A stretch of 64,000 nucleotides of DNA from Candidatus Woesebacteria bacterium GW2011_GWB1_33_38 (GTDB taxonomy: Bacteria; Patescibacteriota; Microgenomatia; UBA8517): NCBI GenBank assembly GCA_000990005.1, contig LBPF01000006.1, positions 33,615 through 97,614 on the forward strand, given 5' to 3'. Below the pieces are notes generated by a model. It ran no database searches, was not told where the DNA came from, and worked only from the letters and a program-made list of their open reading frames with translations. Numbering within the stretch: the stretch's first letter is position 1; every line of letters begins with the position of its first letter. This document shows positions 27,943 to 37,819 of the stretch, one piece after another. The position numbers and the translations under genes were made by a program.

Positions 27943-29277
27943 ATGACAGAAGGGGACATTAAAGTTGTGGGTTTGTCTTCAAGTAAAAAGGGCGGTCAAA
28001 CAAACTGGAAGATAATTGGTGCAATTATCGGGATTATTGTTTTGGCTCTAGGTATTGTTGCTGGTATCCTTCTCGTTAAACAGCAACAGGATATTAGGGA
28101 AAAGGCTGAAATTGTTTCTTGTGTTGACCCAACTGTTGAACAGTGTCCTGTAGCTGGTAAACCTGATGTTTTAAGAAATTGCCATCCGCCTCAATCTGAC
28201 AACTCCCCCGTTGAAAGTATTTGCAATGAAGAAGGAAAAATCTCTTTTTGTGGCAATAAGAATTATTGTTGCCCATCAGTAGGTGGATCTTGGACAACTG
28301 ATATGAGCGTTTGTACTTTAGATGTATTTCCTAAAGTAGATTTAATTCCCGCGGAAGCCGAAGTTTCTTGTGCTCAAGGTTTTACGGATTCTTTTGATAC
28401 CATCGATTTGACCAAATGGAACAAAGAAGGTGATGTGAATGTAAATGGTGGAGTACTGGAAGTTAAAAGGGATGAGCCAGGTACGACAAGTTATGATGGT
28501 TTATATACAAAGAATTCCTTTACAGATGATTTTACAGTCGAAGTTGATGTACCTGAAGTTAATAAATCAGGTGATGGTGGTGGTGGTGCTACAATCTTAT
28601 TTACTACAGATACAACAGAGGGTTTGTCGGTTGTTCGACAAAGAAAGAATAACAGGGGCGGTGCTGGTGTTTGGCAAATTACTTCAAGATTGAATGTAGG
28701 TACTAACTTTGATAATGGATTGAAAACATTAGCACAAGGGGCAGTTTCATTTAAAGTAGAACGAAAAGCGGGAAAATTTAAGATTTTTTACAAAACTGGA
28801 GCTAATTATATACTTCTTGATGAACCAACATTAACATTAACAAAGCCAATTCAAAAAATTCATTTATCTGCTATGAACACAGAATATATCGCTTCTGAAT
28901 ATACACTTGTTAAATATGATAACTTTAAAATTTCTTGTTCTGGTAATATTGCTACAACGACTCCAACAGCTACAGCAAGTGCAACTAGCACACCTACTTC
29001 TAGTCCAACACGAACACCTACAACAACACCAACTGCAACAGGGGTCGGAACAGCAACACCAACAGCAACTGGGCAGAGGACTGCAACAGCCACGGCAACA
29101 GTTACTTCAACATCAACATCATCAACAAGTGCGACAAAAACTCCAACAGCTAGAGCCACCGCAACATCAACGTCATCGTCAGCGCCTATTCCAGTAACTG
29201 GAATGAACTTACCAACAATGATTGGTGCAGGTTTTGGTATTCTTATGATTCTGATTTCCCTTGCCCTAGCTTTATAA
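27943..29277 (+). CDS. Cell-surface protein: N-terminal signal anchor, Cys-rich and beta-rich domains, Thr/Pro/Ala/Ser linker, C-terminal hydrophobic anchor
   Basis: The TTTPTATASATSTPTSSPTRTPTT… low-complexity tract is followed by PIPVTGMNLPTMIGAGFGILMILISLALAL. Confidence 0.6.
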   Translation: MTEGDIKVVGLSSSKKGGQTNWKIIGAIIGIIVLALGIVAGILLVKQQQDIREKAEIVSCVDPTVEQCPVAGKPDVLRNCHPPQSDNSPVESICNEEGKISFCGNKNYCCPSVGGSWTTDMSVCTLDVFPKVDLIPAEAEVSCAQGFTDSFDTIDLTKWNKEGDVNVNGGVLEVKRDEPGTTSYDGLYTKNSFTDDFTVEVDVPEVNKSGDGGGGATILFTTDTTEGLSVVRQRKNNRGGAGVWQITSRLNVGTNFDNGLKTLAQGAVSFKVERKAGKFKIFYKTGANYILLDEPTLTLTKPIQKIHLSAMNTEYIASEYTLVKYDNFKISCSGNIATTTPTATASATSTPTSSPTRTPTTTPTATGVGTATPTATGQRTATATATVTSTSTSSTSATKTPTARATATSTSSSAPIPVTGMNLPTMIGAGFGILMILISLALAL

Positions 29278-29281
29278 TTAC

Positions 29282-29611
29282 ATGAAAAAAGAGCTTAATA
29301 TTGGCTTGCCTGCAGGCAGGCAGGGGTTTATTCAGGCTTTGGGTGTTACCATTTACTGTGGTCTTGTTGGTTTGATTATGTGGAATGGTGATCAAATTTT
29401 TGGCAAAGTAGATACTTTTATAGCTCCAATAACTGCTTTATTGATGTTCTCAGTTTCTGCACTTGTTTGTGGCTTGTTAGTATTTTATAAACCATATTTA
29501 TTATTTTTTCAAAACAAAAAAGAAGAAGCTGTTAAGGTTGTTGTTGCAACTGCTGTCTCTTTGTTTACCATCATCCTCATCCTCTTTGAAGTAATGTATT
29601 TTGTGAAATAA
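29282..29611 (+). CDS. Small integral membrane protein
   Basis: Three hydrophobic segments; the 5' end contains the GC-rich palindrome (LPAGRQG). Confidence 0.45.
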   Translation: MKKELNIGLPAGRQGFIQALGVTIYCGLVGLIMWNGDQIFGKVDTFIAPITALLMFSVSALVCGLLVFYKPYLLFFQNKKEEAVKVVVATAVSLFTIILILFEVMYFVK

Positions 29612-29648
29612 CACTTGACAGATTGTATGGTTATTGTATAATTATTGT

Positions 29649-29882
29649 ATGACTACAATTAATATATCTTTACCAATTCAATTAAAGTCTGATGCAGAGC
29701 TTTTAGTAGAGAACGGGCTCTATGTGTCTTTTAGTGATTTGGTACGAGATTCAATTAGAAAATTAATCTCCGATGCTAAATATGACCTTTTATATTTACG
29801 AACCAAAAGAGATTATAAGAACGGTAAGGCGACTGTGTTAAAAACACAAAAAGACATTGACGATTATTTCAAAAAACTTTAA
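29649..29882 (+). CDS. Ribbon-helix-helix antitoxin (ParD/DinJ-like)
   Basis: INISLPIQLKSDAELLVENGLYVSFSDLVRDSIRKLI matches the ParD pattern. Confidence 0.6.
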   Translation: MTTINISLPIQLKSDAELLVENGLYVSFSDLVRDSIRKLISDAKYDLLYLRTKRDYKNGKATVLKTQKDIDDYFKKL

Positions 29883-29887
29883 ACTAA

Positions 29888-30151
29888 TTGAAAGTGTACA
29901 AATTAGTATTTTCAAATAAATTTGAAAAAAGATTAAAAAAATTAACATTTTCAAATAAACCCTTAAAATTTCAGGCTAAAAAGACAGTTGAATTGATATA
30001 CTCTGATATTGACCATCCCTCACTTAGAATGCACAAACTAAGTAATCAAAAATGGTCAGTCTCTGTTAATAAAAGTATTAGAATGATTTTAAAAATTCAT
30101 GATAATGAAATATTTATTTTAGATATCGGAACCCATAACGATGTTTATTAG
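29888..30151 (+). CDS. RelE/YafQ-family mRNA interferase toxin
   Basis: …HKLSNQKWSVSVNKSIRMILKIHDNEIFILDIGTHNDVY matches the YafQ signature. Confidence 0.65.
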   Translation: MKVYKLVFSNKFEKRLKKLTFSNKPLKFQAKKTVELIYSDIDHPSLRMHKLSNQKWSVSVNKSIRMILKIHDNEIFILDIGTHNDVY

Positions 30152-30169
30152 TTGTATAATTGAAAATAT

Positions 30170-30784
30170 ATGGATATCGAATGGGAAGCAAAGTTTTTAA
30201 ATGTAAATAGGGATGAACTTCGAGAAAAACTTAAATCAACTGGAGCTAAATTAATCAAACCTGAAACACTTTTCAAAAGAGCAGTTTTTTATTTACCAAA
30301 AGGACACGAGATTGAAGGCGGTTGGCTTAGAGTTAGAGATGAAGGAGATAGGATAACAATGAGTTTAAAAGCTACTGTTAATGGAAGTATCGATAATCAA
30401 AAAGAAACAATGGTGATCGTAGATAATTACGATAACGCAAGACAGTTGCTAAAAGATATTGGCTGTATAGAAAAAGCATATCAAGAAACAAAGCGAGAAA
30501 CCTGGAAATTAAATGATGTAGAAATAACAATTGATGAATGGCCATATTTAGAACCTTACACAGAAATTGAGGGATCTTCAGAAGAAGAAATTAAAAAAGT
30601 AGCTGAACTGTTAGGTTTTGATTATTCCCAAGCAGTTTTTGGCTCTGCTGACCAAATAATCGGAAAAAAATATAGTATTCCAGAAGATGCAGTAAATAAT
30701 GAAATTCCAAGAATTGTTTTTAATGAACCTAATCCATATTTAGCTTGGATAGAGAAAAACAAAATTTACTTCATAAATTTTTAA
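30170..30784 (+). CDS. CYTH-domain protein (triphosphate tunnel metalloenzyme)
   Basis: N-terminal IEWEAKFL (ExExK) and downstream acidic strands. Confidence 0.6.
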   Translation: MDIEWEAKFLNVNRDELREKLKSTGAKLIKPETLFKRAVFYLPKGHEIEGGWLRVRDEGDRITMSLKATVNGSIDNQKETMVIVDNYDNARQLLKDIGCIEKAYQETKRETWKLNDVEITIDEWPYLEPYTEIEGSSEEEIKKVAELLGFDYSQAVFGSADQIIGKKYSIPEDAVNNEIPRIVFNEPNPYLAWIEKNKIYFINF

Positions 30785-30951
30785 GCTTCTTTTTAATATT
30801 TAGGATTTAAACTTCTTTGTTATTGCTTGGTGTAGGTTTAGGTTTTGCGGATTGAAGGCAACGTATATGATATTACAAATAAGCCTGGCTCGCAAAATGC
30901 TTCAAGATTTGAGGCTAGGCAGTTTATCTAATTGATGCTACAATTTTTCTG

Positions 30952-31701
30952 ATGAATGAAGTTTTAAACCTCTTTCTTTTGGCTCTTTTAGGTAGTGTAA
31001 TTGCTTTGTTTGGCGGAGTTGTTTTTTTGTACAACAGATCATTGTCGTCAACTTTAGAAAAGTATTCTGTTCCTTTTGCTGCAGGAGTTTTAGTCACAGT
31101 TTCACTTTTAGGTTTAATTCCAGAATCTGAACATGAAATAGGGGAAATATCACATTGGATAGTCTTGGGCTCTTTTTTAGGAGTTTACCTTTTTGAACAT
31201 TTGTTTTTTGGTATTCACCACCATGGTGACGGAGATGATCATCATGAGATTAAGGATTCTTCAATCGGACTTGTCATATTTGGTGACACAATTCATAATT
31301 TTATTGATGGTGTAGCAATAGGGGCAAGTTTTATGATTAACCCAAATTTAGGATTAATTACAGCCTTTTCAACATTCTTGCATGAGGTTCCTCATGAGAT
31401 AGGGGACTTTGGAATTTTATTAAAAGCGGGATGGAAAAATTCTAGGATTCTTTTAATTAATATTTTTTCATCATTAACTACAATAATTGGAGCTTTTCTA
31501 GTTTACCTCTTTAATAGTAACGATTATTTAAACGGTTCTTTAATGGCAGTTTCTGCTGGAGTTTTCTTGTATTTAGGAGCAAGTGACTTTTTGCCAAAAA
31601 TCAAAGAACAAAAACTTCATAAGCTTAAATCAATACTTCCATTAATTCTAGGTTCCGCAATTATTATTCTGACTTTACTATTAATCCCTCATGAACATTA
31701 A
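30952..31701 (+). CDS. ZIP-family metal cation transporter
   Basis: His-rich loop HHHGDGDDHHE and HEVPHEIGDF signature. Confidence 0.8.
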   Translation: MNEVLNLFLLALLGSVIALFGGVVFLYNRSLSSTLEKYSVPFAAGVLVTVSLLGLIPESEHEIGEISHWIVLGSFLGVYLFEHLFFGIHHHGDGDDHHEIKDSSIGLVIFGDTIHNFIDGVAIGASFMINPNLGLITAFSTFLHEVPHEIGDFGILLKAGWKNSRILLINIFSSLTTIIGAFLVYLFNSNDYLNGSLMAVSAGVFLYLGASDFLPKIKEQKLHKLKSILPLILGSAIIILTLLLIPHEH

Positions 31702-31721
31702 ATAATATATAATAGCAAACT

Positions 31722-33182
31722 ATGCTTCATGTAATTGACTTATCATTTGGCTTTGGAGAAAAACCTCTATACACTGGGGTCAATTTTCGTGTATCAAAAG
31801 GTCAAAAAGTTGGCTTAGTTGGACCAAATGGCTCAGGAAAGTCTACACTTTTTTCAATAATTAAAGGTGAAGAAAATGGGTTTACTGGAAGTGTAAAAAT
31901 TAATGCAACAGTTGGATTAGTTCCACAAGAAATAAAATATGACGCAATTATGGAAAATTCCAAAACGGTAAGAAATTATGTTGATTCTGAAAATAAACTT
32001 ATAGATTTTGAAATAATTAAAATGTTTAAAGGTTTGGAATTAAATATTAGCTTAGATCACAACCCAATAACTTTATCAGGTGGCCAAAAAACTAAACTAG
32101 CTCTTGCTCGAGCACTTTTTCAAAATCCAGATCTGTTACTTCTTGATGAACCAACCAATTTTATGGATAAGGAAGGAAAAGATTGGGTGATGAGATTTTT
32201 AGCAAATTATAAAGGTGCGATAATTGTAATCTCGCATGATTTGGAATTGATGGACCAATCAATAGATAAAATACTTGCAGTTACTCCTTATAACTCAACA
32301 ATAGTTGAATATAAAGGAACTTATTCAGATTATATCCGCCTTAAAAAACAGAAAGAAGAAAATTTAAGAAAAGAATTAGAAATTAAATCAAGACACTTAA
32401 AAAGAACTGAAGAAAGATATAATAATTCAAGGGCAGTAGCTACAAAATCAATACTTCGAAAGAAAATGGAAAGAGAAAGAGAAAATTTACCAGAGGTTCC
32501 ACCTGGAATTAGAAAGATATCAATTCGTCTGCCTGAACCAAAACGGATTGGAGAAGTACCATTAAAGACCTCATCAATAAAGAAAAGTTATGAAGATTTA
32601 GAAGTTTTAAAAGGAGTAGATTTTACAATTTTAAGAGGAGAAAAGATTGCCTTAATTGGTTCAAACGGAACAGGGAAGTCAACATTTATTAAAATTTTGA
32701 TGGATATAACCAAACCAGATGGTGGAGAAATATATAGAAATTCAGATCTATCAGTTGGCTATTATTCACAGGAATTTGAAACGTTTGATTTTAAAAATAG
32801 CGTAATTGAAGCCTTTACTGATTTTACTAAAATGAATGAAGGAATGGCTAGAGGTTTTTTAGCTAGATTTATGCTTTCTGGTCAGAAAGTATTTCAAAGA
32901 GTTGGAAGTTTATCAGGAGGAGAAAAAACAAGACTTTCAATTGCCTGTCTTACAGGAAAAGACAATAATTTACTTATTCTTGATGAACCAACAACTTATC
33001 TTGATGTGATGAGTCAAAGAATTATTTTAGAGTCCTTAAAAGAGTATAAAGGGACAATGATAATAGTTTCTCACTCGCCAGAATTCATGAAAGAACTAAA
33101 ACCTGATAAAGCATATCTATTCCCAGAGCATAGAATGGTTTATTGGGACAATGAACTTATAGATAGAATTGGAGAAGTGTAG
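31722..33182 (+). CDS. ABC-F family ATPase (two tandem ABC cassettes, no transmembrane domain)
   Basis: Two Walker A motifs (GPNGSGKST, GSNGTGKST) and two LSGG signatures. Confidence 0.8.
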   Translation: MLHVIDLSFGFGEKPLYTGVNFRVSKGQKVGLVGPNGSGKSTLFSIIKGEENGFTGSVKINATVGLVPQEIKYDAIMENSKTVRNYVDSENKLIDFEIIKMFKGLELNISLDHNPITLSGGQKTKLALARALFQNPDLLLLDEPTNFMDKEGKDWVMRFLANYKGAIIVISHDLELMDQSIDKILAVTPYNSTIVEYKGTYSDYIRLKKQKEENLRKELEIKSRHLKRTEERYNNSRAVATKSILRKKMERERENLPEVPPGIRKISIRLPEPKRIGEVPLKTSSIKKSYEDLEVLKGVDFTILRGEKIALIGSNGTGKSTFIKILMDITKPDGGEIYRNSDLSVGYYSQEFETFDFKNSVIEAFTDFTKMNEGMARGFLARFMLSGQKVFQRVGSLSGGEKTRLSIACLTGKDNNLLILDEPTTYLDVMSQRIILESLKEYKGTMIIVSHSPEFMKELKPDKAYLFPEHRMVYWDNELIDRIGEV

Positions 33183-33201
33183 AAAGTGTTAAAATAAATT
33201 T

Positions 33202-33447
33202 ATGGCCAATAAAAATAAAAGGGAAATTGTATATGCATTTATAGACAGCCAAAATTTAAATTTAGGTACAGGTAAAGATATTGTTAAGAATGGAAGGTTG
33301 GTATACAAAGGTTGGAAACTAGATTTTAAAAGATTTAAAAAGTATCTGACTGATAAATTTAGAGTTACTAAGGCATTTTTGTTTATTGTTTTTATCAAAA
33401 AACAAACTTATTTTGAACCAAAAAAAATCGGAGGGCGTTGCGAATAG
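33202..33447 (+). pseudogene. Truncated NYN/LabA-domain gene remnant
   Basis: REIVYAFIDSQNLNLG resembles the NYN N-terminal motif (compare KKTFLYIDGTNL in the intact paralog at 39885..40511); the ORF ends after about 60 domain residues amid poly-A runs. Confidence 0.35.
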
Positions 33448-33535
33448 ACACGTAGTCTAATGTTCGTATTCCTCCTAATGATTATGTAATTATAATTTAT
33501 ATGTATAACAAAAGTCAAGGAAATGGGGTTAAAAT

Positions 33536-34510
33536 ATGAGCCTATCAGTTGGGATAGTGGGGTTACCAAACGTGGGCAAGTCCACGTTGTTTAATGCTCT
33601 TTTAAAAAAGCAACAGGCATATGTTGCCAATTTTCCATTCGCTACAATAGAACCAAACATAGGAGTGGTTCCAGTTCCCGATGAAAGATTAAACAAATTA
33701 AGTCCCATATACAATAATGCTCCTATTGTTCCTGCAACTTGCGAATTTGTGGATATTGCAGGTTTAATTGAAGGAGCCAGCAAAGGTGAAGGTTTGGGAA
33801 ATAAATTCCTAAATCATATCAGACAAGTTGATGCTATTTGTTTTGTACTTCGAGCTTTTTCAGACCCTGACATAATCAAGCAAGGTGTAAAAGATCCAAA
33901 ATCAGATTTAGAGATATTACGATTAGAACTAGATCTTGCAGACGCAGAGATGGAAGAAAAACATTTAAAGAAAAAAAACGCAGATACTGAAAGTCTTCAG
34001 TATTTTAAGGACAAGCCCTTTTTGGTTGTTTTAAATGTTGATGAAACTGATGTTGCTAAAAGCGCAGAATTAGAGGAAAAGTATGCAAATGAACTTGGAG
34101 TGAATAGGGATCAAATAGTAGCCATTTGCGCCAAAGTAGAGTCAGAACTTGCAGATCTTTTACTCGAAGAACAAAAAGAATACTTAAAAGAAATTGGCGC
34201 CAGTTTAGGAGCTTTGGACAAATTGATTCAAAAAGCATTTAAGACATTGGGGTTAATAACATTTTTGACAGCAGGAGAAAAAGAAGTTAGAGCTTGGACA
34301 ATTAATGAGGGGATTACGGCACAAGACGCAAGCGGTGTAATTCATACTGATTTTATGAATAAATTTATAAAAGCTGATGTTTGTGATTTTAATGATTTTG
34401 TAAATAATGGTGGGTGGAAACAGAATAGGGAATTAGGTAAAGTTAGAAGTGAGGGAAGGGATTACATTGTAAAAGACGGAGATGTTATTGAATTTAAGAT
34501 TGGTTCTTAG
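33536..34510 (+). CDS. ychF: Ribosome-binding ATPase YchF
   Basis: GIVGLPNVGKSTLFNAL and a C-terminal TGS domain. Confidence 0.9.
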   Translation: MSLSVGIVGLPNVGKSTLFNALLKKQQAYVANFPFATIEPNIGVVPVPDERLNKLSPIYNNAPIVPATCEFVDIAGLIEGASKGEGLGNKFLNHIRQVDAICFVLRAFSDPDIIKQGVKDPKSDLEILRLELDLADAEMEEKHLKKKNADTESLQYFKDKPFLVVLNVDETDVAKSAELEEKYANELGVNRDQIVAICAKVESELADLLLEEQKEYLKEIGASLGALDKLIQKAFKTLGLITFLTAGEKEVRAWTINEGITAQDASGVIHTDFMNKFIKADVCDFNDFVNNGGWKQNRELGKVRSEGRDYIVKDGDVIEFKIGS

Positions 34511-34527
34511 TATACTAACCAAGTTAC

Positions 34528-34809
34528 ATGAAAAACTATGAATTAACACTAATTTTAGAGGGAAAAGCGACTTCTGCCAAGAAAAAGGCTGTTTTGGAAT
34601 CTTTGGAGAAGGTTGTCAAAATGTTTAAAGGTAAAATGGAGAAAGTTGAGGATTGGGGAGTAAAAGAAATGTTTCATGAAATAAAGAAAAATAAGGAAGG
34701 GACTTATTTACATATTCCTCTTGAATTTGAACCTAGTAGTTTAAAAAGTTTGGAAGTAAAATTGAAAGCTGAAGAAAATATATTAAGATATTTAATAGTA
34801 AAATCATGA
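34528..34809 (+). CDS. rpsF: 30S ribosomal protein S6
   Basis: MKNYELTLIL… typical bS6. Confidence 0.85.
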   Translation: MKNYELTLILEGKATSAKKKAVLESLEKVVKMFKGKMEKVEDWGVKEMFHEIKKNKEGTYLHIPLEFEPSSLKSLEVKLKAEENILRYLIVKS

Positions 34810-35258
34810 AATCATTAAACAAAGTACAATTAATTGGAAATTTAACCCGCGATCCAGAATTAAAATATACTCCAACCGGAACTGCCATCTGTAGTTTTAC
34901 CGTAGCAACAAACAGAAGTTGGACAACAGATACGGGAGAGAAAAAAGAAGAAGCTGATTTTACCAGAATTGTGGCATGGCAAAAATTAGCTGAGATTTGT
35001 GGAAACTTACTTAAAAAAGGAAGAAAAGTATATGTAGAAGGCAGGCTTTCAAATAGGAGTTATCAAGATAAAGATGGGGTAACAAAATATATTTCAGAAG
35101 TTGTAATTAATGATATGATTTTACTTGATTCAAAGCCAACAGGAGATAGTGACTTTAATGTTCCAGAACCAACTGAATCACCTGTAGCGGAAGAAGTAGA
35201 GAAAAAAGAAAAGGTAAAAGAAGAAGAAGAAGTAACAGCAGACGATATACCGTTCTAA
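34806..35258 (+). CDS. ssb: Single-stranded DNA-binding protein
   Basis: OB fold with an acidic DDIPF tail. Confidence 0.85.
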   Translation: MKSLNKVQLIGNLTRDPELKYTPTGTAICSFTVATNRSWTTDTGEKKEEADFTRIVAWQKLAEICGNLLKKGRKVYVEGRLSNRSYQDKDGVTKYISEVVINDMILLDSKPTGDSDFNVPEPTESPVAEEVEKKEKVKEEEEVTADDIPF

Positions 35259-35297
35259 ATTAATAGTTAAGAGTTAATAATTAATAATTGAAAAACC

Positions 35298-35537
35298 ATG
35301 GCAGCCAAGAAAAAATTTAAGAAACAAATAAGAAAAGAAAGACCACTTTCAACCAAGTGTCTTTTCTGTGAAGCTAAAAAAGATCCTGATTACAAAAATT
35401 ATGCTGATTTATCAAAATATTTGTCCGACCGAGGTAGAATCTTTTCAAGAGAAAGAAGTGGGGTTTGTTCAAAACATCAAAGAAAACTTGCATCAGAAGT
35501 AAAAAGAGCAAGGTTTTTGGCACTTCTCCCTTACTAA
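35298..35537 (+). CDS. rpsR: 30S ribosomal protein S18
   Basis: Typical bS18 core. Confidence 0.85.
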   Translation: MAAKKKFKKQIRKERPLSTKCLFCEAKKDPDYKNYADLSKYLSDRGRIFSRERSGVCSKHQRKLASEVKRARFLALLPY

Positions 35538-35562
35538 AATCTACAGTATTATTAATTCTTGT

Positions 35563-36807
35563 ATGAATTCTCTAAAAGTAAATTTTTCATTTGTTAGAAA
35601 GACAATTTTAATTACCCTTTTTGTTGGTATTATTTTTTCTTCTGGATATATATTTGGTCTTAATGGTTTTAAGCTTGAGACTGGTGGTTTTCCAAAGATT
35701 AAAATTTCAAGAGAAATCCCTAATAATCATGAGGACGTTGACTTTGCACTTTTTTGGAGAGTTTGGGATACTTTGGATTCTTCATACTATGACAAGTCTA
35801 AAATAAACGTATCAAAAATGGTCTATGGTGCAATTTCTGGTATGGTAGCGTCTTTGGGTGATCCTTACACAGCTTTTCTTCCTCCTGAAGAAAATAAAGT
35901 AGTTGAAGAAGATCTGTCTGGTTCGTTTGAAGGAGTGGGAATTCAAATAGGGTTTAAAGGTAAAAACCTAGCAGTTATCGCTCCACTTCCTGGTTCACCT
36001 GCAGAAAAAGCTGGAATTAAGGCAGGGGATTTTATTGTTGGCATTAAAGATGAAGTTAAAAAGATTGATACGGGAACTTCAGGAATTACACTTAGCGATG
36101 CTGTAAAAATAATTAGAGGTAAGGCAAACACTAAAGTAACACTACTTCTTTTAAGAGATGTGTCAAATGAGCCAATTACTGTTACTGTAGAAAGAGCCAA
36201 GCTTGATGTGCCTTCTGTTGCTGTTTCATTTGTAGAGAATGGGACTATAGTCCATATAAAATTACTTAAATTTGGTGCAGATACTGACACTGAGTGGAAC
36301 AAGGCTGTACAAGAAGTTATAAATCATAAACCAACGGTAATTGGAATTATTCTTGACCTTAGAAATAACCCAGGTGGTTATTTACAAGGCTCGGTTGATA
36401 TTGCAGGTGAATTTTTAGACAAAGGTTCAGTTGTTGTTATTGAAGACAGGGGAGTACTCAAAAATGATTTTAAAACAGATCGGATTGGGAGTTTTACAAA
36501 CAAAAATGTTATTATTTTAGTTAATGCTGGTAGTGCTTCAGCTTCTGAAATTCTAGCGGGAGCTTTGTCTGAAACTAAGGGTTATAAATTAATAGGGGAG
36601 ACTACTTTTGGCAAAGGAACAATTCAGGAACCTCTACAACTTGAAAAAGGAAGCAGTCTTCACATCACAACTGCAAAATGGTTAACACCAAAGGGTGTGT
36701 GGGTTAATGAAAAAGGGATTACTCCTGATTTAGTAATTGAAGATAATCCTGATACCATCATCGACGAGCAACTCCAAGAAGCTATAAAACAAGTAACTAG
36801 AAGTTAG
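35563..36807 (+). CDS. ctpA: C-terminal processing (S41) peptidase with PDZ domain
   Basis: N-terminal transmembrane segment, PDZ segment and S41 catalytic region. Confidence 0.75.
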   Translation: MNSLKVNFSFVRKTILITLFVGIIFSSGYIFGLNGFKLETGGFPKIKISREIPNNHEDVDFALFWRVWDTLDSSYYDKSKINVSKMVYGAISGMVASLGDPYTAFLPPEENKVVEEDLSGSFEGVGIQIGFKGKNLAVIAPLPGSPAEKAGIKAGDFIVGIKDEVKKIDTGTSGITLSDAVKIIRGKANTKVTLLLLRDVSNEPITVTVERAKLDVPSVAVSFVENGTIVHIKLLKFGADTDTEWNKAVQEVINHKPTVIGIILDLRNNPGGYLQGSVDIAGEFLDKGSVVVIEDRGVLKNDFKTDRIGSFTNKNVIILVNAGSASASEILAGALSETKGYKLIGETTFGKGTIQEPLQLEKGSSLHITTAKWLTPKGVWVNEKGITPDLVIEDNPDTIIDEQLQEAIKQVTRS

Positions 36808-37532
36808 GAATTAGAATTTAGATTTTTTGTAAGCTCAATTACTTTTTCTAAGTTTCCCTCTACAATTGATTCAAGGTTGCCCCAGGATTTTTTTAATCTA
36901 TGATCTGTAATTCTATCCTGTGGAAAATTATATGTTCTTATTTTTTCGCTTCTCTTGCCACTTCCAATTGCTGATCTATAACCTGTAATTTTAGTTAATT
37001 TTTCTTCTTCTTGTTTTTCCCAGAGCTTGGATCTTAAAAGTGACAATGCAATTATTCTATTTTGTTCTTGGAATCTTTCTTCTCTTGATTGGACCACAAT
37101 ACCTGTTGGGATATGCTTTAGTCTTACTGCAGTAGCTACCTTATTTACATTTTGTCCTCCATGACCTCCTGCTGTTGTAAACTGCCACTCCAACTCCTGT
37201 GAGTTAATTTGCACATCAGTTTCTTTAACTTCAGGTAATACTACTACTGTTGCGGTTGATGTGTGGATCCTTCCCCTTTTTTCTGTTGTTGGCACTCTTT
37301 GAACCCTATGAACTCCTGATTCATTTTTAAGATCGTCAAATACACCAAAACCTGTTATTTTTAAGGTCAGTTCATCAATTTGAGATTGTTTCCAATTTTT
37401 CTTAGTTGCAAATCTTCCGTACATGCGAAGTAGATCTTGTCCCCAGAGCTTGGCTTCATCTCCACCAGTAGCACCACGGATTTCTAAATATACTATTTGG
37501 TTATTTGGATACATGTTTACGAAGGGCTTCAA
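36804..37532 (-). CDS. prfA: Peptide chain release factor 1 lacking N-terminal domain 1
   Basis: PTT (PxT codon-recognition motif), GGQ, and RF1-type [16 protein letters not shown]; only 242 aa, beginning just before domain 2; there is no room upstream for domain 1. Confidence 0.7.
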   Translation of the reverse strand: MKPFVNMYPNNQIVYLEIRGATGGDEAKLWGQDLLRMYGRFATKKNWKQSQIDELTLKITGFGVFDDLKNESGVHRVQRVPTTEKRGRIHTSTATVVVLPEVKETDVQINSQELEWQFTTAGGHGGQNVNKVATAVRLKHIPTGIVVQSREERFQEQNRIIALSLLRSKLWEKQEEEKLTKITGYRSAIGSGKRSEKIRTYNFPQDRITDHRLKKSWGNLESIVEGNLEKVIELTKNLNSNS

Positions 37533-37818
37533 GTGTGTCTGGTCTATTCATTTCTTCATTTATCTTCTTTTCTCTTTTTAACTTTCTCTTATCTGCCTTA
37601 CTGACATTTTTAGTGGATTTACCTGTCATTTTGGTTTTAAACTTTTCAACTCTACCTGCAGTATCTAAAAATTTCATTTGTCCAGTATAGAAAGGGTGGC
37701 ATTTACTACAGACATCAACACGAACTTCTTCAGTTGTAGCACCGACCGTAAAAGTATTTCCACAAGCACAAGTAACTTTTGCATCTTTAAACCATTTAGG
37801 ATGAATAGCTGTTTTCAT
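37501..37818 (-). CDS. rpmE: 50S ribosomal protein L31 with about 30-aa Lys-rich C-terminal extension
   Basis: MKTAIHPKW…CACG…[10 protein letters not shown]; overlaps the prfA start by 32 nt. Confidence 0.8.
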   Translation of the reverse strand: MKTAIHPKWFKDAKVTCACGNTFTVGATTEEVRVDVCSKCHPFYTGQMKFLDTAGRVEKFKTKMTGKSTKNVSKADKRKLKREKKINEEMNRPDTLEALRKHVSK

Positions 37819-37819
37819 A

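Noticed and set aside
28860-29197. Listed ORFs 28860..29159 (-) and 28907..29197 (+), rich in V/A or Q/L/H
   Set aside because: They are alternative-frame translations of the Thr/Pro/Ala-rich low-complexity tract inside the surface-protein gene.
33189-33447. Intact gene for ORFs 33189..33398 (-) and 33202..33447 (+)
   Set aside because: The plus-strand ORF only covers the first third of a NYN domain and ends amid poly-A runs, so it is treated as a pseudogene remnant. The minus-strand ORF is antisense and low-complexity.
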